DNA of 64,000 nt, from assembly GCA_030432695.1 (NCBI GenBank), contig JAUILN010000011.1, positions 88,950 through 152,949 on the forward strand, given 5' to 3'. Source of the stretch: a bacterium (lineage in GTDB: Bacteria > Planctomycetota > UBA1135 > UBA2386). The position numbers and the translations under genes were made by a program. The notes beneath the pieces were generated by a model. The model was not told where the DNA came from and made no database searches. It saw nothing but the letters and a program-made list of their open reading frames with translations. Positions 27,501-35,621 of the stretch are shown one piece after another (the first letter of the stretch is position 1; each line of letters starts with the position of its first letter).

Positions 27501-28883
27501 TTAGGACGAAGGCCCGGCAGGATACGCCGGGTCGACCCGGACGAGGCCCGACTCGATCCGGACGGCGAGGCGGTCGGCGGTGCCCGCGTACAACTCCGGC
27601 CGCTCTGCCAACGCCACGGCCCGCTCCTCCCCGCTCAGGTGGTCGAGTCCCGCGAAGTAGTGGTGGCCGTTGCGCTCGAGGTGCGTGATGCCGAGAGCGG
27701 AATGCAGGGCCAGGTCCCCTTCGAGAGCCGTTCGGGGCACGGTGGTGAGGTCCTCGCCGCACACGAAGGCCGTCTCGCCCTCCCGCTCGGCGAGCACGTC
27801 GCAGAGCGCCCGGTTCAACATCGCCCGGAACGCGCCCTTGCAGCTCTTGGCGCTGACGCCGCGGTAACCGAATGGCCAGGCCGCGCGCAGGCTGCCGTGG
27901 CGGACGTCGGCCTCGTCGAGGGCCAGCGGCGCGAAGGACGCGACCCGCTTCCGGGCGGCGTGACGCGCCGGGTCGAAGGTCTCCCAGCGGGGCAGCGGCT
28001 GCTCCACGTAGACCAGGCCGTCGAGCAGCCAGCGACCGAGCGGTCGGGCCGCGGTCGTCTCGAGCAGTTCGGCGACGCCGTCGAGATCCGCGTAGCTCTC
28101 GTTACCGTCCAGCGTGATCCGCGGCCGCTCGACTCGCTCGGCGCGCAGCGTCGCCGCGATGTCGAGCAGGCGCTCGCGGTCGGACGCGACGTCACCACCC
28201 ACCTTGATCTTGAACCAGGTGAACCCGTAGCGGCGGACGTCCTCCTCCAACGTCTCGGGCCAACCGTCACCGACGGGCGAGGCGAGTTGGCCGGCGCGCA
28301 GCGCGTCGGCCATGCCGATGGTGTGCCGCACCGCGATCCGCTCACTGGCCGGCCCCAGACGCTCGGCGGGCCGCCAGTCGGCGAGTTCCGGATCCACGAC
28401 GCCTGCATCGAACCCGAGGGTGCCGTCGATCCAGGCCGCGTGCAGCGAACGGTCGGTCGCCCGGCAGACCGCGTCGAGCACCGCGCGCTCGAACAGCGCG
28501 ACGCCGGCACCCGCCACCAGAACGTCGGCGAACTCCTGCGGCCCGACCAGCTCCCGGTAGACCGCGTGCCAGGCGTCGAACGCCGAGCGCGGGTCCTCGG
28601 TCGCGGCCAGCCACCCACCGCGCGCCGCCTCGGCACTGGCCACCAGCTCGGCGACGTCCTGCTCGACGGATCGCGTGGGATCCTTGCGGAACCACTTGGG
28701 CACCGCGAACTCCGCACCGCGACCCGCCACCTCACGGCCGTCCGCGAGCCGGATCGTCACCCGACTCTGGAGCTGCCGGAGTTCTGTGACCGTCACCTGC
28801 CCGAAGCGGAACGGCAGCCGCGCGGTGAGCTGCACCGAGTCGAGAGCGGCATCGACCAGACGGAACCGGAGCGCCGCGCTCAC
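27501..28883 (-). CDS. Enolase-superfamily (mandelate racemase/muconate lactonizing-like) enzyme
   Basis: The motifs appear in the order FKIKVGG, ITLDGNESY, VYVEQPLP, LALDEAD. The track ORF 27501..29489 overlaps the esterase gene, so I used the in-frame GTG at 28883, which overlaps the upstream stop as GTGA. Confidence 0.6.
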   Translation of the reverse strand: MSAALRFRLVDAALDSVQLTARLPFRFGQVTVTELRQLQSRVTIRLADGREVAGRGAEFAVPKWFRKDPTRSVEQDVAELVASAEAARGGWLAATEDPRSAFDAWHAVYRELVGPQEFADVLVAGAGVALFERAVLDAVCRATDRSLHAAWIDGTLGFDAGVVDPELADWRPAERLGPASERIAVRHTIGMADALRAGQLASPVGDGWPETLEEDVRRYGFTWFKIKVGGDVASDRERLLDIAATLRAERVERPRITLDGNESYADLDGVAELLETTAARPLGRWLLDGLVYVEQPLPRWETFDPARHAARKRVASFAPLALDEADVRHGSLRAAWPFGYRGVSAKSCKGAFRAMLNRALCDVLAEREGETAFVCGEDLTTVPRTALEGDLALHSALGITHLERNGHHYFAGLDHLSGEERAVALAERPELYAGTADRLAVRIESGLVRVDPAYPAGPSS

Positions 28884-29554
28884 AGCCCCAGCCGTTCGCC
28901 GAGCCATGCGCCGATGTCGACGATCTGCTCCATGCAGACCGCGTGCTGCATCGGGTAGGTCCGGTAGTCGACCGCGTAGCCGCGCACCGACAGCGCGTCC
29001 CTGCAGGCCGCACCGCGGTCGGGCGTGACCATCGGATCGTAGTCGCCGTGCATCTGCAGGATCGGTGTCGCCCTGTTGGCGGCGCTCGCTTCGGCGTCGA
29101 GCGACTCTTCGCAGACCAGGTAGGTCGACAACGCCAGGATGCCGGCGAGGGTCTGCGGGTGCCGCAGCCCCTGGAACAACGCGATCGCACCACCCTGCGA
29201 GAAGCCGGCCAGCACGATCCTCTCGTCGGACACCCCGCGCTGGTTCTCGCGTGCGAGCAGCGCCGCCACCTGCTGCGCCGAACGCCGGATCCCGGCCTCG
29301 TCGTGGCGTCGGCGGAGATCCATCTCCTGGATGTCGTACCACGCAGGCATCACCATCCCCATGTTCAGGGTCACCGGGATCTGCGGCGCGTGCGGGAAGA
29401 CGAAGCGAACCGCGGCGTCGGCCGGCAAGCCGAGTTCCGGCACGATCGGCTCGAAGTCGTGGCCGTTGGCTCCGAGCCCGTGCAACCACACGACGCTATG
29501 AGTCGCCGCACCGGAACGCGGCTCGATCTCCACGGAGGGCAGGAGTTCGGTCAT
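28880..29554 (-). CDS. Phospholipase/carboxylesterase-family alpha/beta hydrolase
   Basis: The start is MTELLPSVEIEP. Motifs are VVWLHGLGANGHDF, the nucleophile elbow GFSQGGA, and HGDYDPMV. At 224 aa it is typical of this family. The start is trimmed to ATG 29554. Confidence 0.85.
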   Translation of the reverse strand: MTELLPSVEIEPRSGAATHSVVWLHGLGANGHDFEPIVPELGLPADAAVRFVFPHAPQIPVTLNMGMVMPAWYDIQEMDLRRRHDEAGIRRSAQQVAALLARENQRGVSDERIVLAGFSQGGAIALFQGLRHPQTLAGILALSTYLVCEESLDAEASAANRATPILQMHGDYDPMVTPDRGAACRDALSVRGYAVDYRTYPMQHAVCMEQIVDIGAWLGERLGL

Positions 29555-29716
29555 GTCGGGACTCGAAACACGCGGGCTCGGGAGCGCAAGCCATCTCCTT
29601 CCGGAGAACGGACGCGACACCTTCCCGACAGTCTCGTCGACTCACGTCCGGACGAGACGCCCCGTCTCGCGGAATCCACGAACTCGCGGCGGGGCGCCGG
29701 CTTCTGGTTCCGGAGC

Positions 29717-31117
29717 TCACGCACCGCCCGTCGGCCAGCTCAACGGTACGCCATCCAGCGCGGCGAGGGGGCCCACCCGGACCGAGTCCCGGCCCCGCAC
29801 CGATCGCAGGACGGAGAGGCCGCGGTTGCGCAGGTCCTCCGCTTCCCGCTCGGTGATCCAGCGCTCGGCGCACGGCATCGACTCGGCCTCACCGTCCAGG
29901 TGGTAGACCCACACCGGCAAGGCCTCCAGCTCGACGATCTGCCGCGAATCCAGCGCCCAGCCGTGGGTCGCGAAGCCGGACGCGAGGGCGACGACCGCAG
30001 CGAAGACTCCGCTGCCCCAACAGCAGTGCTCGGGATCATCCGGCGGCACGGCTTCCTCGAACCGGAATCGCTCGACCTGGTTGCCGCGCTCCCCGTACGG
30101 CATGCGCAGCAGTATCCGAGGCCCGACCAGGCAGACCTGCGATGGATCGCCAGCCTCGCTGATCCGCACCGGCCCACGGGAGTCCTGCTCGACGAAGAAG
30201 CTGGGGCCCGCGCCGCACAACAGCACGCCGCCAGCACCGCGGGACAGTGCGCTGAGCCGCCCGAGCCACTCCGCAGAGGCGTCGTCCTGCTCGATCGGAT
30301 CCGCAAGGGCGATCACCGACCACGGCTCACCGCCAGCCAATCCCGCTCCCTGATCCACCAGCCGCTTCCACAAGTCGCAGTCGGCCGGATCGCCCTCGGC
30401 CAGCAGGGCGTCCGCGAGTTCCCCGGTAGTCGCATCGAGCACGTAGAGGCCGAGTTCTGCGCCCGCCTCGAGACGCCGCACCAGGAAGCGAAGCCCGGAC
30501 CACCTGGCCTCCAGAGGCCGAAGCTGCTTCAGCACGCGGCGCATCAGCTCCGAGGCGGCGCGGTCCACCATCGCCTGCAACTCCGGGAGGCGCGGGTCGG
30601 CGGCCGGTGTGACGTGCGGCACCACCAGCTCCCGCAACACTGCATCGACGATCTCCGATCCAGTGCCACGATCGGCAGGCCGCTCCGGCGCCTCGGTCGC
30701 CTCCAGCACCGCCTCGAGCATCCCTGCGGCATCCAGATCGGAGGGCGCCGTATCGGCGGGCAGCCGCTGGTCATCCGTGGGCGCATCGACGGACTGCGTC
30801 GCGCCGAGCTCTTCCGCCGCAGCTCGGAACGTCGCCGGGTCGCCCAGTCGGCGGCGGAGGCTGCGAAGTCGCTCGAATCCCGCCAGCCGATCGAACAACT
30901 GGTCCGGATGCATCGCGTCGAACTCGGGGAGCTGCACCGACTGGGTGGTTTCACCGACCTCTTCCAATTCGGCCGTCACGCCGAGTCGACCGAACAGCTC
31001 CTCGAAGTCATCCCGGTCGACGCGGTGAATCCGCCGCTGCGCGACCGGAACGGCCGCGTTGGATCCCCCGGAGAAATCACCGACGACCAGGATCCGGAAT
31101 GCGTCACTTCGCTCCAT
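29717..31117 (-). CDS. Fused TssB-like/TssC-like sheath paralog lacking the TssB N-terminus and the TssC C-terminal domain
   Basis: The start is ATG 31117 (MERSDAFRILVVGDFSGG), with AGGAG 10 nt upstream. The N-terminal 100 aa align with the TssB in this window ([11 protein letters not shown]...[13 protein letters not shown] versus FRILVVGDFSG...IHRVDRDDFEELF). The rest aligns with TssC at four points: [94 protein letters not shown], and [61 protein letters not shown]. Confidence 0.75.
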   Translation of the reverse strand: MERSDAFRILVVGDFSGGSNAAVPVAQRRIHRVDRDDFEELFGRLGVTAELEEVGETTQSVQLPEFDAMHPDQLFDRLAGFERLRSLRRRLGDPATFRAAAEELGATQSVDAPTDDQRLPADTAPSDLDAAGMLEAVLEATEAPERPADRGTGSEIVDAVLRELVVPHVTPAADPRLPELQAMVDRAASELMRRVLKQLRPLEARWSGLRFLVRRLEAGAELGLYVLDATTGELADALLAEGDPADCDLWKRLVDQGAGLAGGEPWSVIALADPIEQDDASAEWLGRLSALSRGAGGVLLCGAGPSFFVEQDSRGPVRISEAGDPSQVCLVGPRILLRMPYGERGNQVERFRFEEAVPPDDPEHCCWGSGVFAAVVALASGFATHGWALDSRQIVELEALPVWVYHLDGEAESMPCAERWITEREAEDLRNRGLSVLRSVRGRDSVRVGPLAALDGVPLSWPTGGA

Positions 31118-31212
31118 GGGGTCTGACTCCTTTCCCGTGGCCCCTCGGCCCCAGGAGTGCGATCTGCTACCTTCGAGCAAGCTCGTTCGGACAATTCACC
31201 AGCCGCAGCACC

Positions 31213-31602
31213 ATGCCGCAACAGGTCGTCGCCGGCGCATCGATGATGTGCACCTTCGGAGCCGCACCGTCGGTCCTCTCCGTCCTGCCCGCGAACCGGA
31301 CGCTCACCGGCGGGCCGCCAGCGGCGAACATCATGGACAACAAGCCCATGGTGAACATCCCGCCTTTCGGCGTGTGCATGAGCCTCGCCAATCCGACCGT
31401 CGCTTCCGCGACCGCGGCTGCGCTCGGCGTACTCACCCCGATGCCCTGCGTCCCGGTGACGGCGGCGCCTTGGGCACCGGGATCGCCGAACGTGATCATC
31501 GGTGGCATGCCGGCACTCAACAACACCTCCAAGTGCATGTGCAATTGGGGCGGAGTCATCTCGATCACCGTGCCGGGACAGTTCCAGGCCATGACCTCGT
31601 GA
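31213..31602 (+). CDS. DUF4280 (PAAR-like) domain protein
   Basis: The sequence MPQQVVAGASMMCTFGAAPSVLSVLP...NIPPFGVCMSLANP...PMPCVPVTAAPWAPGSPNVIIGGMPALNNTSKCMCNWGGVISITVPGQ matches the DUF4280 Cys pattern. ORF 31099..31602 is trimmed to ATG 31213. Confidence 0.85.
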   Translation: MPQQVVAGASMMCTFGAAPSVLSVLPANRTLTGGPPAANIMDNKPMVNIPPFGVCMSLANPTVASATAAALGVLTPMPCVPVTAAPWAPGSPNVIIGGMPALNNTSKCMCNWGGVISITVPGQFQAMTS

Positions 31603-31693
31603 CGTGTCCGGAGAAGACGGCTCATGGCACATGAGTCGTCGAGCCTGCTCCCCGATCCAGGTTCCAGACCCGACTCTCGCCGACTCAGCACCC

Positions 31694-31723
31694 GTCGGCC
31701 CAGCTCTCGTCGGCCCAGCTCTC
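31694..31723. repeat. 15-bp perfect tandem duplication (GTCGGCCCAGCTCTC x2)
   Basis: Direct reading: 31694-31708 and 31709-31723 are identical, followed by the partial third copy GTCGAG. The repeat lies in the convergent intergenic gap between the DUF4280 and DUF4123 genes. Confidence 0.9.
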
Positions 31724-31765
31724 GTCGAGTCAGCGCTGGGCGCGCAGAATCTCGGAAGCAGTCGA

Positions 31766-32338
31766 TCAGCGCAGATCGACGCGACGCGCGACCCCCGGGC
31801 GCTCGGCCCTCGAGAAATCGAGCAGCGCCCCGCCGTCCTCGCCCTCCATCACGAACGACCGGGCAGGTCCGAACACCAACGCGAACTCCTCCGCCGTGCA
31901 CGTGGGCAGGTAGAGACGCAGAACCCGAGGATCGTAGAAGCGGAAATAGAGCACCCGACCGTCGGGCCCCTTGACCCGGAGCAACGTGCGGAAGTGGCGA
32001 CGCACCGACTTCAGGTCGCCAGAAGCCCGAACGAAGATCCCCCAGGAGCGACCCCAGCCCTGTTCGAGCAGCCAACGGGTGAACTCCGACTCCTCGTGAA
32101 GCCGCACGAGGTAGGGCGCAACGCGCTGTTCGCTGGGATGCAACTCCCCCGCGAACAGGCACTCGGCTTCGACCCGATGCGTGTCGAGTTCGCGCACCAG
32201 CTCCTTCACACGTGCGCCATCGAGAACCGCCCAGGTCGGCACCTCGGGATCTGCGAACAGCAGATCCAACAGATGCTCGACCCGCGGGTTTCGCAAGCCG
32301 GTGGAGTCAGGACCAGGGCCTCTTGATTCGTGCACCAT
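31766..32338 (-). CDS. DUF4123 T6SS effector adaptor/chaperone (Tap/Tec-like)
   Basis: The sequence WAVLDGARVKELV...APYLVRLHEESEFTRWLLEQGWGRSWGIFVRASGDLKSVRRHFRTLLRVKGPDGRVLYFRFYDPRVLRLYL matches the DUF4123 pattern. The gene sits directly downstream of vgrG. The start is trimmed to ATG 32338. Confidence 0.85.
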   Translation of the reverse strand: MVHESRGPGPDSTGLRNPRVEHLLDLLFADPEVPTWAVLDGARVKELVRELDTHRVEAECLFAGELHPSEQRVAPYLVRLHEESEFTRWLLEQGWGRSWGIFVRASGDLKSVRRHFRTLLRVKGPDGRVLYFRFYDPRVLRLYLPTCTAEEFALVFGPARSFVMEGEDGGALLDFSRAERPGVARRVDLR

Positions 32339-32369
32339 GGATGATCGCCCTGCGTCGGGATCCCGCGTC

Positions 32370-34634
32370 TCACCCACAACTCTCACAGAACGGCGCCCCG
32401 GTATCCGATGCGGCCTGCATGGCCGCGGCCTGGGCGGTGTCCCTCGACGCCTCGATGGAAGTCCACTTCAGGGTCATCTTGTCGGCACCCGGCTGCCCGG
32501 CCTGGTAGGCGTCCGCATCCGCGGACGCGATCTTGTCGAGAGGCGGATCGGGCGGCTTCGGCTTGCCGGGAGCAGCAGGCGTCCCGGGGGCCTGGGGACT
32601 GCATCCCGACCCCGACCCGGCCGCCCCGCCACTGTTCACCTTCACCATCGGACCGGAGATGTCGACGCCGGCCGGTCCGATCACGACGAAGCCGGCGCCG
32701 GCCTTGAGGGTGAGCTGCATCCCGGCCTCGATGACCACGTTCATGCCACCCTTCACGTGCACGTTCATGCCACCCTCTGCGGCGAGGTTCATGCCCGCCT
32801 TCAGGTTCGCGTTCTTGCCGGACTGAACGTGGAGGTCCATCCCCGCCTTCACCTTCGAGGCCTGGGCGACATTCAGCTCGTGGTTGCCACCGAGCTTCGT
32901 GACCTGATCTCCGCCCACGTCGACCCCCTCGGTGCCGCCGACCTTGCGGGATCGATCCCCGGCAACGCTCTCCTCGTGGGCCCCGGCGACGTCGACGAGA
33001 CGGTCGCCGCCGATCGTCTCGTGCACGTCACCGCCGGTCTCCTCGAACGCGTTCCCGACGACCTTCCGGTGCGAGTCCTTACCCACCTGGTCGAACCGGC
33101 ACTCCACCACATCGTGGTGTTCGTCCTTCTGGGCCCGGATGTAGATGTGCTCCTTGCCCTTCAGGTCCTCGAAGCGGATCTCGTTGATCGCATCGGCCGC
33201 CCCCTTCTTGGTGGCCCTCGACCGGAATCCGGACTGGGTCTTGTTCGCCGGGAGTTCGAAGGCCGGCATCGTGTTGGCGTTGTAGACCGCGCCGGTCACG
33301 AGCGGCCGATCCGGATCCCCGTCGAGGAACTCGACCACCACCTCCTGCCCGACGCGCGGCAGCACCTGCCATCCCCACTTCTTGCCGGCAACGCCCTGGA
33401 CGACACGCATCCAGCACGAACTCTTGTCGTCGTACTTGCCGCGGCGGTCCCAATGGAACTGCACCTTGATCCGCCCGTACTTGTCGGTGTGGATCTCCTC
33501 CCCGGCCGGCCCGACGACGATGGCGGTCTGCGGACCGGACACCCTCGGCCGCTCCGTCCGACGCTCGGGACGGAAGGGCACGCTGGCGGGAATGCAACGG
33601 AAGCGGTTCGAGTAGCCCGTACCACCACCGGACTGAAGGAACGAACCATCCCTCGCCGAGTGTTCGATGCTCGTCATCACGAACGACTGGCCGTCGTCGC
33701 TCGCGATCCGCGGTGCGACGAACTTGAACCTGGTCGCCAGACCGATGCGGAAACAGCCCCCGACGCCGGACACGACGTCGTGACGACATTCCTCTGCCTC
33801 CATCCGCACCTTGGCGAGTTCGTCGCCGTCGGCTCGGGCGTGGTAGCGACCGGGATACTCGAACCGCTCGAACGCGCCCGCGCTCGGGATCGAGACGACC
33901 GTATCGCTCTGTGAGAGCAGCCGTGTGGTCGGAGCCTCGAAGTCGAAATCGGCGTGCCCCCAGCGGCCGGACACGAACTCGTAGCCGTGTTCCCACGAGG
34001 AGACCTGCTCGGTGCTCGGCTCGCTGGACGTGAATTCGAGTTCGGGTGTCGCTGCCTCCGCGTACGCGGCGGTGCTGTCGGCCAGCACCATGACGTGCCG
34101 CCCCGATTCGAACCGGAAGGAGTAGAAGATCCCGGACTCCTCGAGCAGGCGAGAGACGAAGTCGAAGTCGGTCTCCCCCATCTGCACGCAGTATTCGCGC
34201 TTCGGGTAGGAGCCAGTGATCCCGGACACGTCGAATGCGTCGAAGCCGGCATCCTGGAACACCTGCTCGCAGATCTGCGTGACCGTCATCTCCTGGAAGA
34301 TGCGGTGGTCGGAGCGCTTGGTGAGCAGCCAGAACCAGGGGACCAGCTCCGCCCGGTAGCTGGCGACGTCTTCGGATGCGAAACCGGTGAAGACGATCCG
34401 ACGGACGATGCCGCTGAACTCCCGCGGATCGCCGTGTTGCGGCTGGATGGCGAAGCTGACCGCCTTGCCGACGAGCGAGCCGACGTCTCGGATCACCTTC
34501 TCGGCGAGCAGGTCGAGGTCGAACTCGAAGGGCGCGGACACCGCCTCCCGCCCCAGGAAGGACCGCAGCAGGAAGGAGTCCTTTCCCAGCGGGGTCGAGA
34601 CGATCAGGAACCTGCCATCCTGGGTGAAGGTCAT
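32370..34634 (-). CDS. vgrG: VgrG (TssI) spike protein with about 85-aa C-terminal tail
   Basis: The start is ATG 34634 (MTFTQDGRFLIVSTPLGKDSFLLRSFLGREAVSAPFEFDLDLL). VgrG motifs are YRAELVPWFWLLTKRSDHRIFQ, YCVQMGETDFDFVSRLLEESGIFY and GRIKVQFHWDR. A gp5-like beta-helix follows (GGMNVHVKGGMNVVIEAGMQLTLKAG). Confidence 0.95.
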   Translation of the reverse strand: MTFTQDGRFLIVSTPLGKDSFLLRSFLGREAVSAPFEFDLDLLAEKVIRDVGSLVGKAVSFAIQPQHGDPREFSGIVRRIVFTGFASEDVASYRAELVPWFWLLTKRSDHRIFQEMTVTQICEQVFQDAGFDAFDVSGITGSYPKREYCVQMGETDFDFVSRLLEESGIFYSFRFESGRHVMVLADSTAAYAEAATPELEFTSSEPSTEQVSSWEHGYEFVSGRWGHADFDFEAPTTRLLSQSDTVVSIPSAGAFERFEYPGRYHARADGDELAKVRMEAEECRHDVVSGVGGCFRIGLATRFKFVAPRIASDDGQSFVMTSIEHSARDGSFLQSGGGTGYSNRFRCIPASVPFRPERRTERPRVSGPQTAIVVGPAGEEIHTDKYGRIKVQFHWDRRGKYDDKSSCWMRVVQGVAGKKWGWQVLPRVGQEVVVEFLDGDPDRPLVTGAVYNANTMPAFELPANKTQSGFRSRATKKGAADAINEIRFEDLKGKEHIYIRAQKDEHHDVVECRFDQVGKDSHRKVVGNAFEETGGDVHETIGGDRLVDVAGAHEESVAGDRSRKVGGTEGVDVGGDQVTKLGGNHELNVAQASKVKAGMDLHVQSGKNANLKAGMNLAAEGGMNVHVKGGMNVVIEAGMQLTLKAGAGFVVIGPAGVDISGPMVKVNSGGAAGSGSGCSPQAPGTPAAPGKPKPPDPPLDKIASADADAYQAGQPGADKMTLKWTSIEASRDTAQAAAMQAASDTGAPFCESCG

Positions 34635-34757
34635 GCCGAGCGCAAAGTCTACCTCCCGATCGGGCGGTACGGCCACGCGAACGGCGCGATCGAAAACACG
34701 CTGCGGGCCCGACTGCCCGTCGTTGGGAAAACGGTGGCGAGATATCCTCTCGGGACC

Positions 34758-35540
34758 ATGAGTGGGAACCCCGCCTTCATCGCTTGCCTCCTTGGAGCCT
34801 GTCTCGGGCTTGCCTCGTGCAAGTCGATCGAGGAGTCCGAGGTCCACGCGGCCTATATGCACACCGATCTGCAGGGCGATGTGGCGGTCGGACCTTCGAG
34901 CGGCGGCGCCAATCTCGCAGCGCGTCGCAATGACATCACCGGCGATCTGGGGATCGACGATTCCCAACCGGCGATCCTGTTCGGCGGCAGCATGAAGACT
35001 CCCATCGGCAGGTTCGGCGGATCCATCTTCTGGTTCGAGGATTCCGGCAGCGGCACGCTCGCCAGGGACTTCGGCGATATCCCGATCGGGGCCACCGTCG
35101 CCTCCGACTTCGAGTTCCTGAATGCGAAGACCTACTGGGTCTACGACGTGCTCGAGGGCCGCAACTGGCGGGTCTCCCCGGGCGTCGCGGTCGACTTCTT
35201 CGACTCATCGACCACGGTCCGCGCCCAGAATGCGAGCCAGGCCTTCGAAGAGGTCGACGTCTTCGCCCCCGTCCCGCTGGCGTTCCTCGATGCCCAGCTC
35301 GACCTGGCGGACTTCTCGCTCAATGCGCAGGGCGGCGGGATGCAGATCACGCTGACCGACGGCCTCGGAACCTACTGGGACGCCGAGGCCAGCGTCCGCT
35401 TCCGCCCCACGGACCAGGTCGACTTCCGAGCCGGATACCGCTTCCTGTCGATGGACACCGGCGGTGACGCGGGCAGCCGCAACGCCGAGGTCGACCTGCA
35501 GGTCCAGGGCTGGTTCCTCGGAGGCGGGCTGCACTTCTGA
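34758..35540 (+). CDS. Outer-membrane beta-barrel-like lipoprotein
   Basis: ATG 34758 gives MSGNPAFIACLLGACLGLASC (lipobox LASC). The sequence shows an alternating beta-strand pattern and a C-terminal ...QVQGWFLGGGLHF ending in Phe, as in OM barrels. This is the C-terminal part of track ORF 33954..35540. Confidence 0.7.
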   Translation: MSGNPAFIACLLGACLGLASCKSIEESEVHAAYMHTDLQGDVAVGPSSGGANLAARRNDITGDLGIDDSQPAILFGGSMKTPIGRFGGSIFWFEDSGSGTLARDFGDIPIGATVASDFEFLNAKTYWVYDVLEGRNWRVSPGVAVDFFDSSTTVRAQNASQAFEEVDVFAPVPLAFLDAQLDLADFSLNAQGGGMQITLTDGLGTYWDAEASVRFRPTDQVDFRAGYRFLSMDTGGDAGSRNAEVDLQVQGWFLGGGLHF

Positions 35541-35621
35541 TCGACGACTTCCGGAGGTCGTCGCATGCCACGACGGATTCCAGGAGGAGCCGGTGCCAGG
35601 TCGACCGCCAGCGCGGCCAGG

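Noticed and set aside
25255-27504. 749-aa plus-strand ORF antisense to the AAA+ gene
   Set aside because: Shadow ORF with no motifs and biased composition. The minus strand carries Walker A/B and Clp signatures.
28943-31126. 727-aa plus-strand ORF spanning the esterase gene, the intergenic gap and the sheath-paralog gene
   Set aside because: It is antisense to two well-supported genes, has low-complexity Arg/Gly-rich translation, and crosses a real intergenic region.
31167-32162. 331-aa minus-strand ORF considered as the missing effector downstream of DUF4123
   Set aside because: It overlaps the DUF4123 gene in another frame and runs antisense through the DUF4280 gene. Its Arg/Gly-rich translation has no toxin-like motif.
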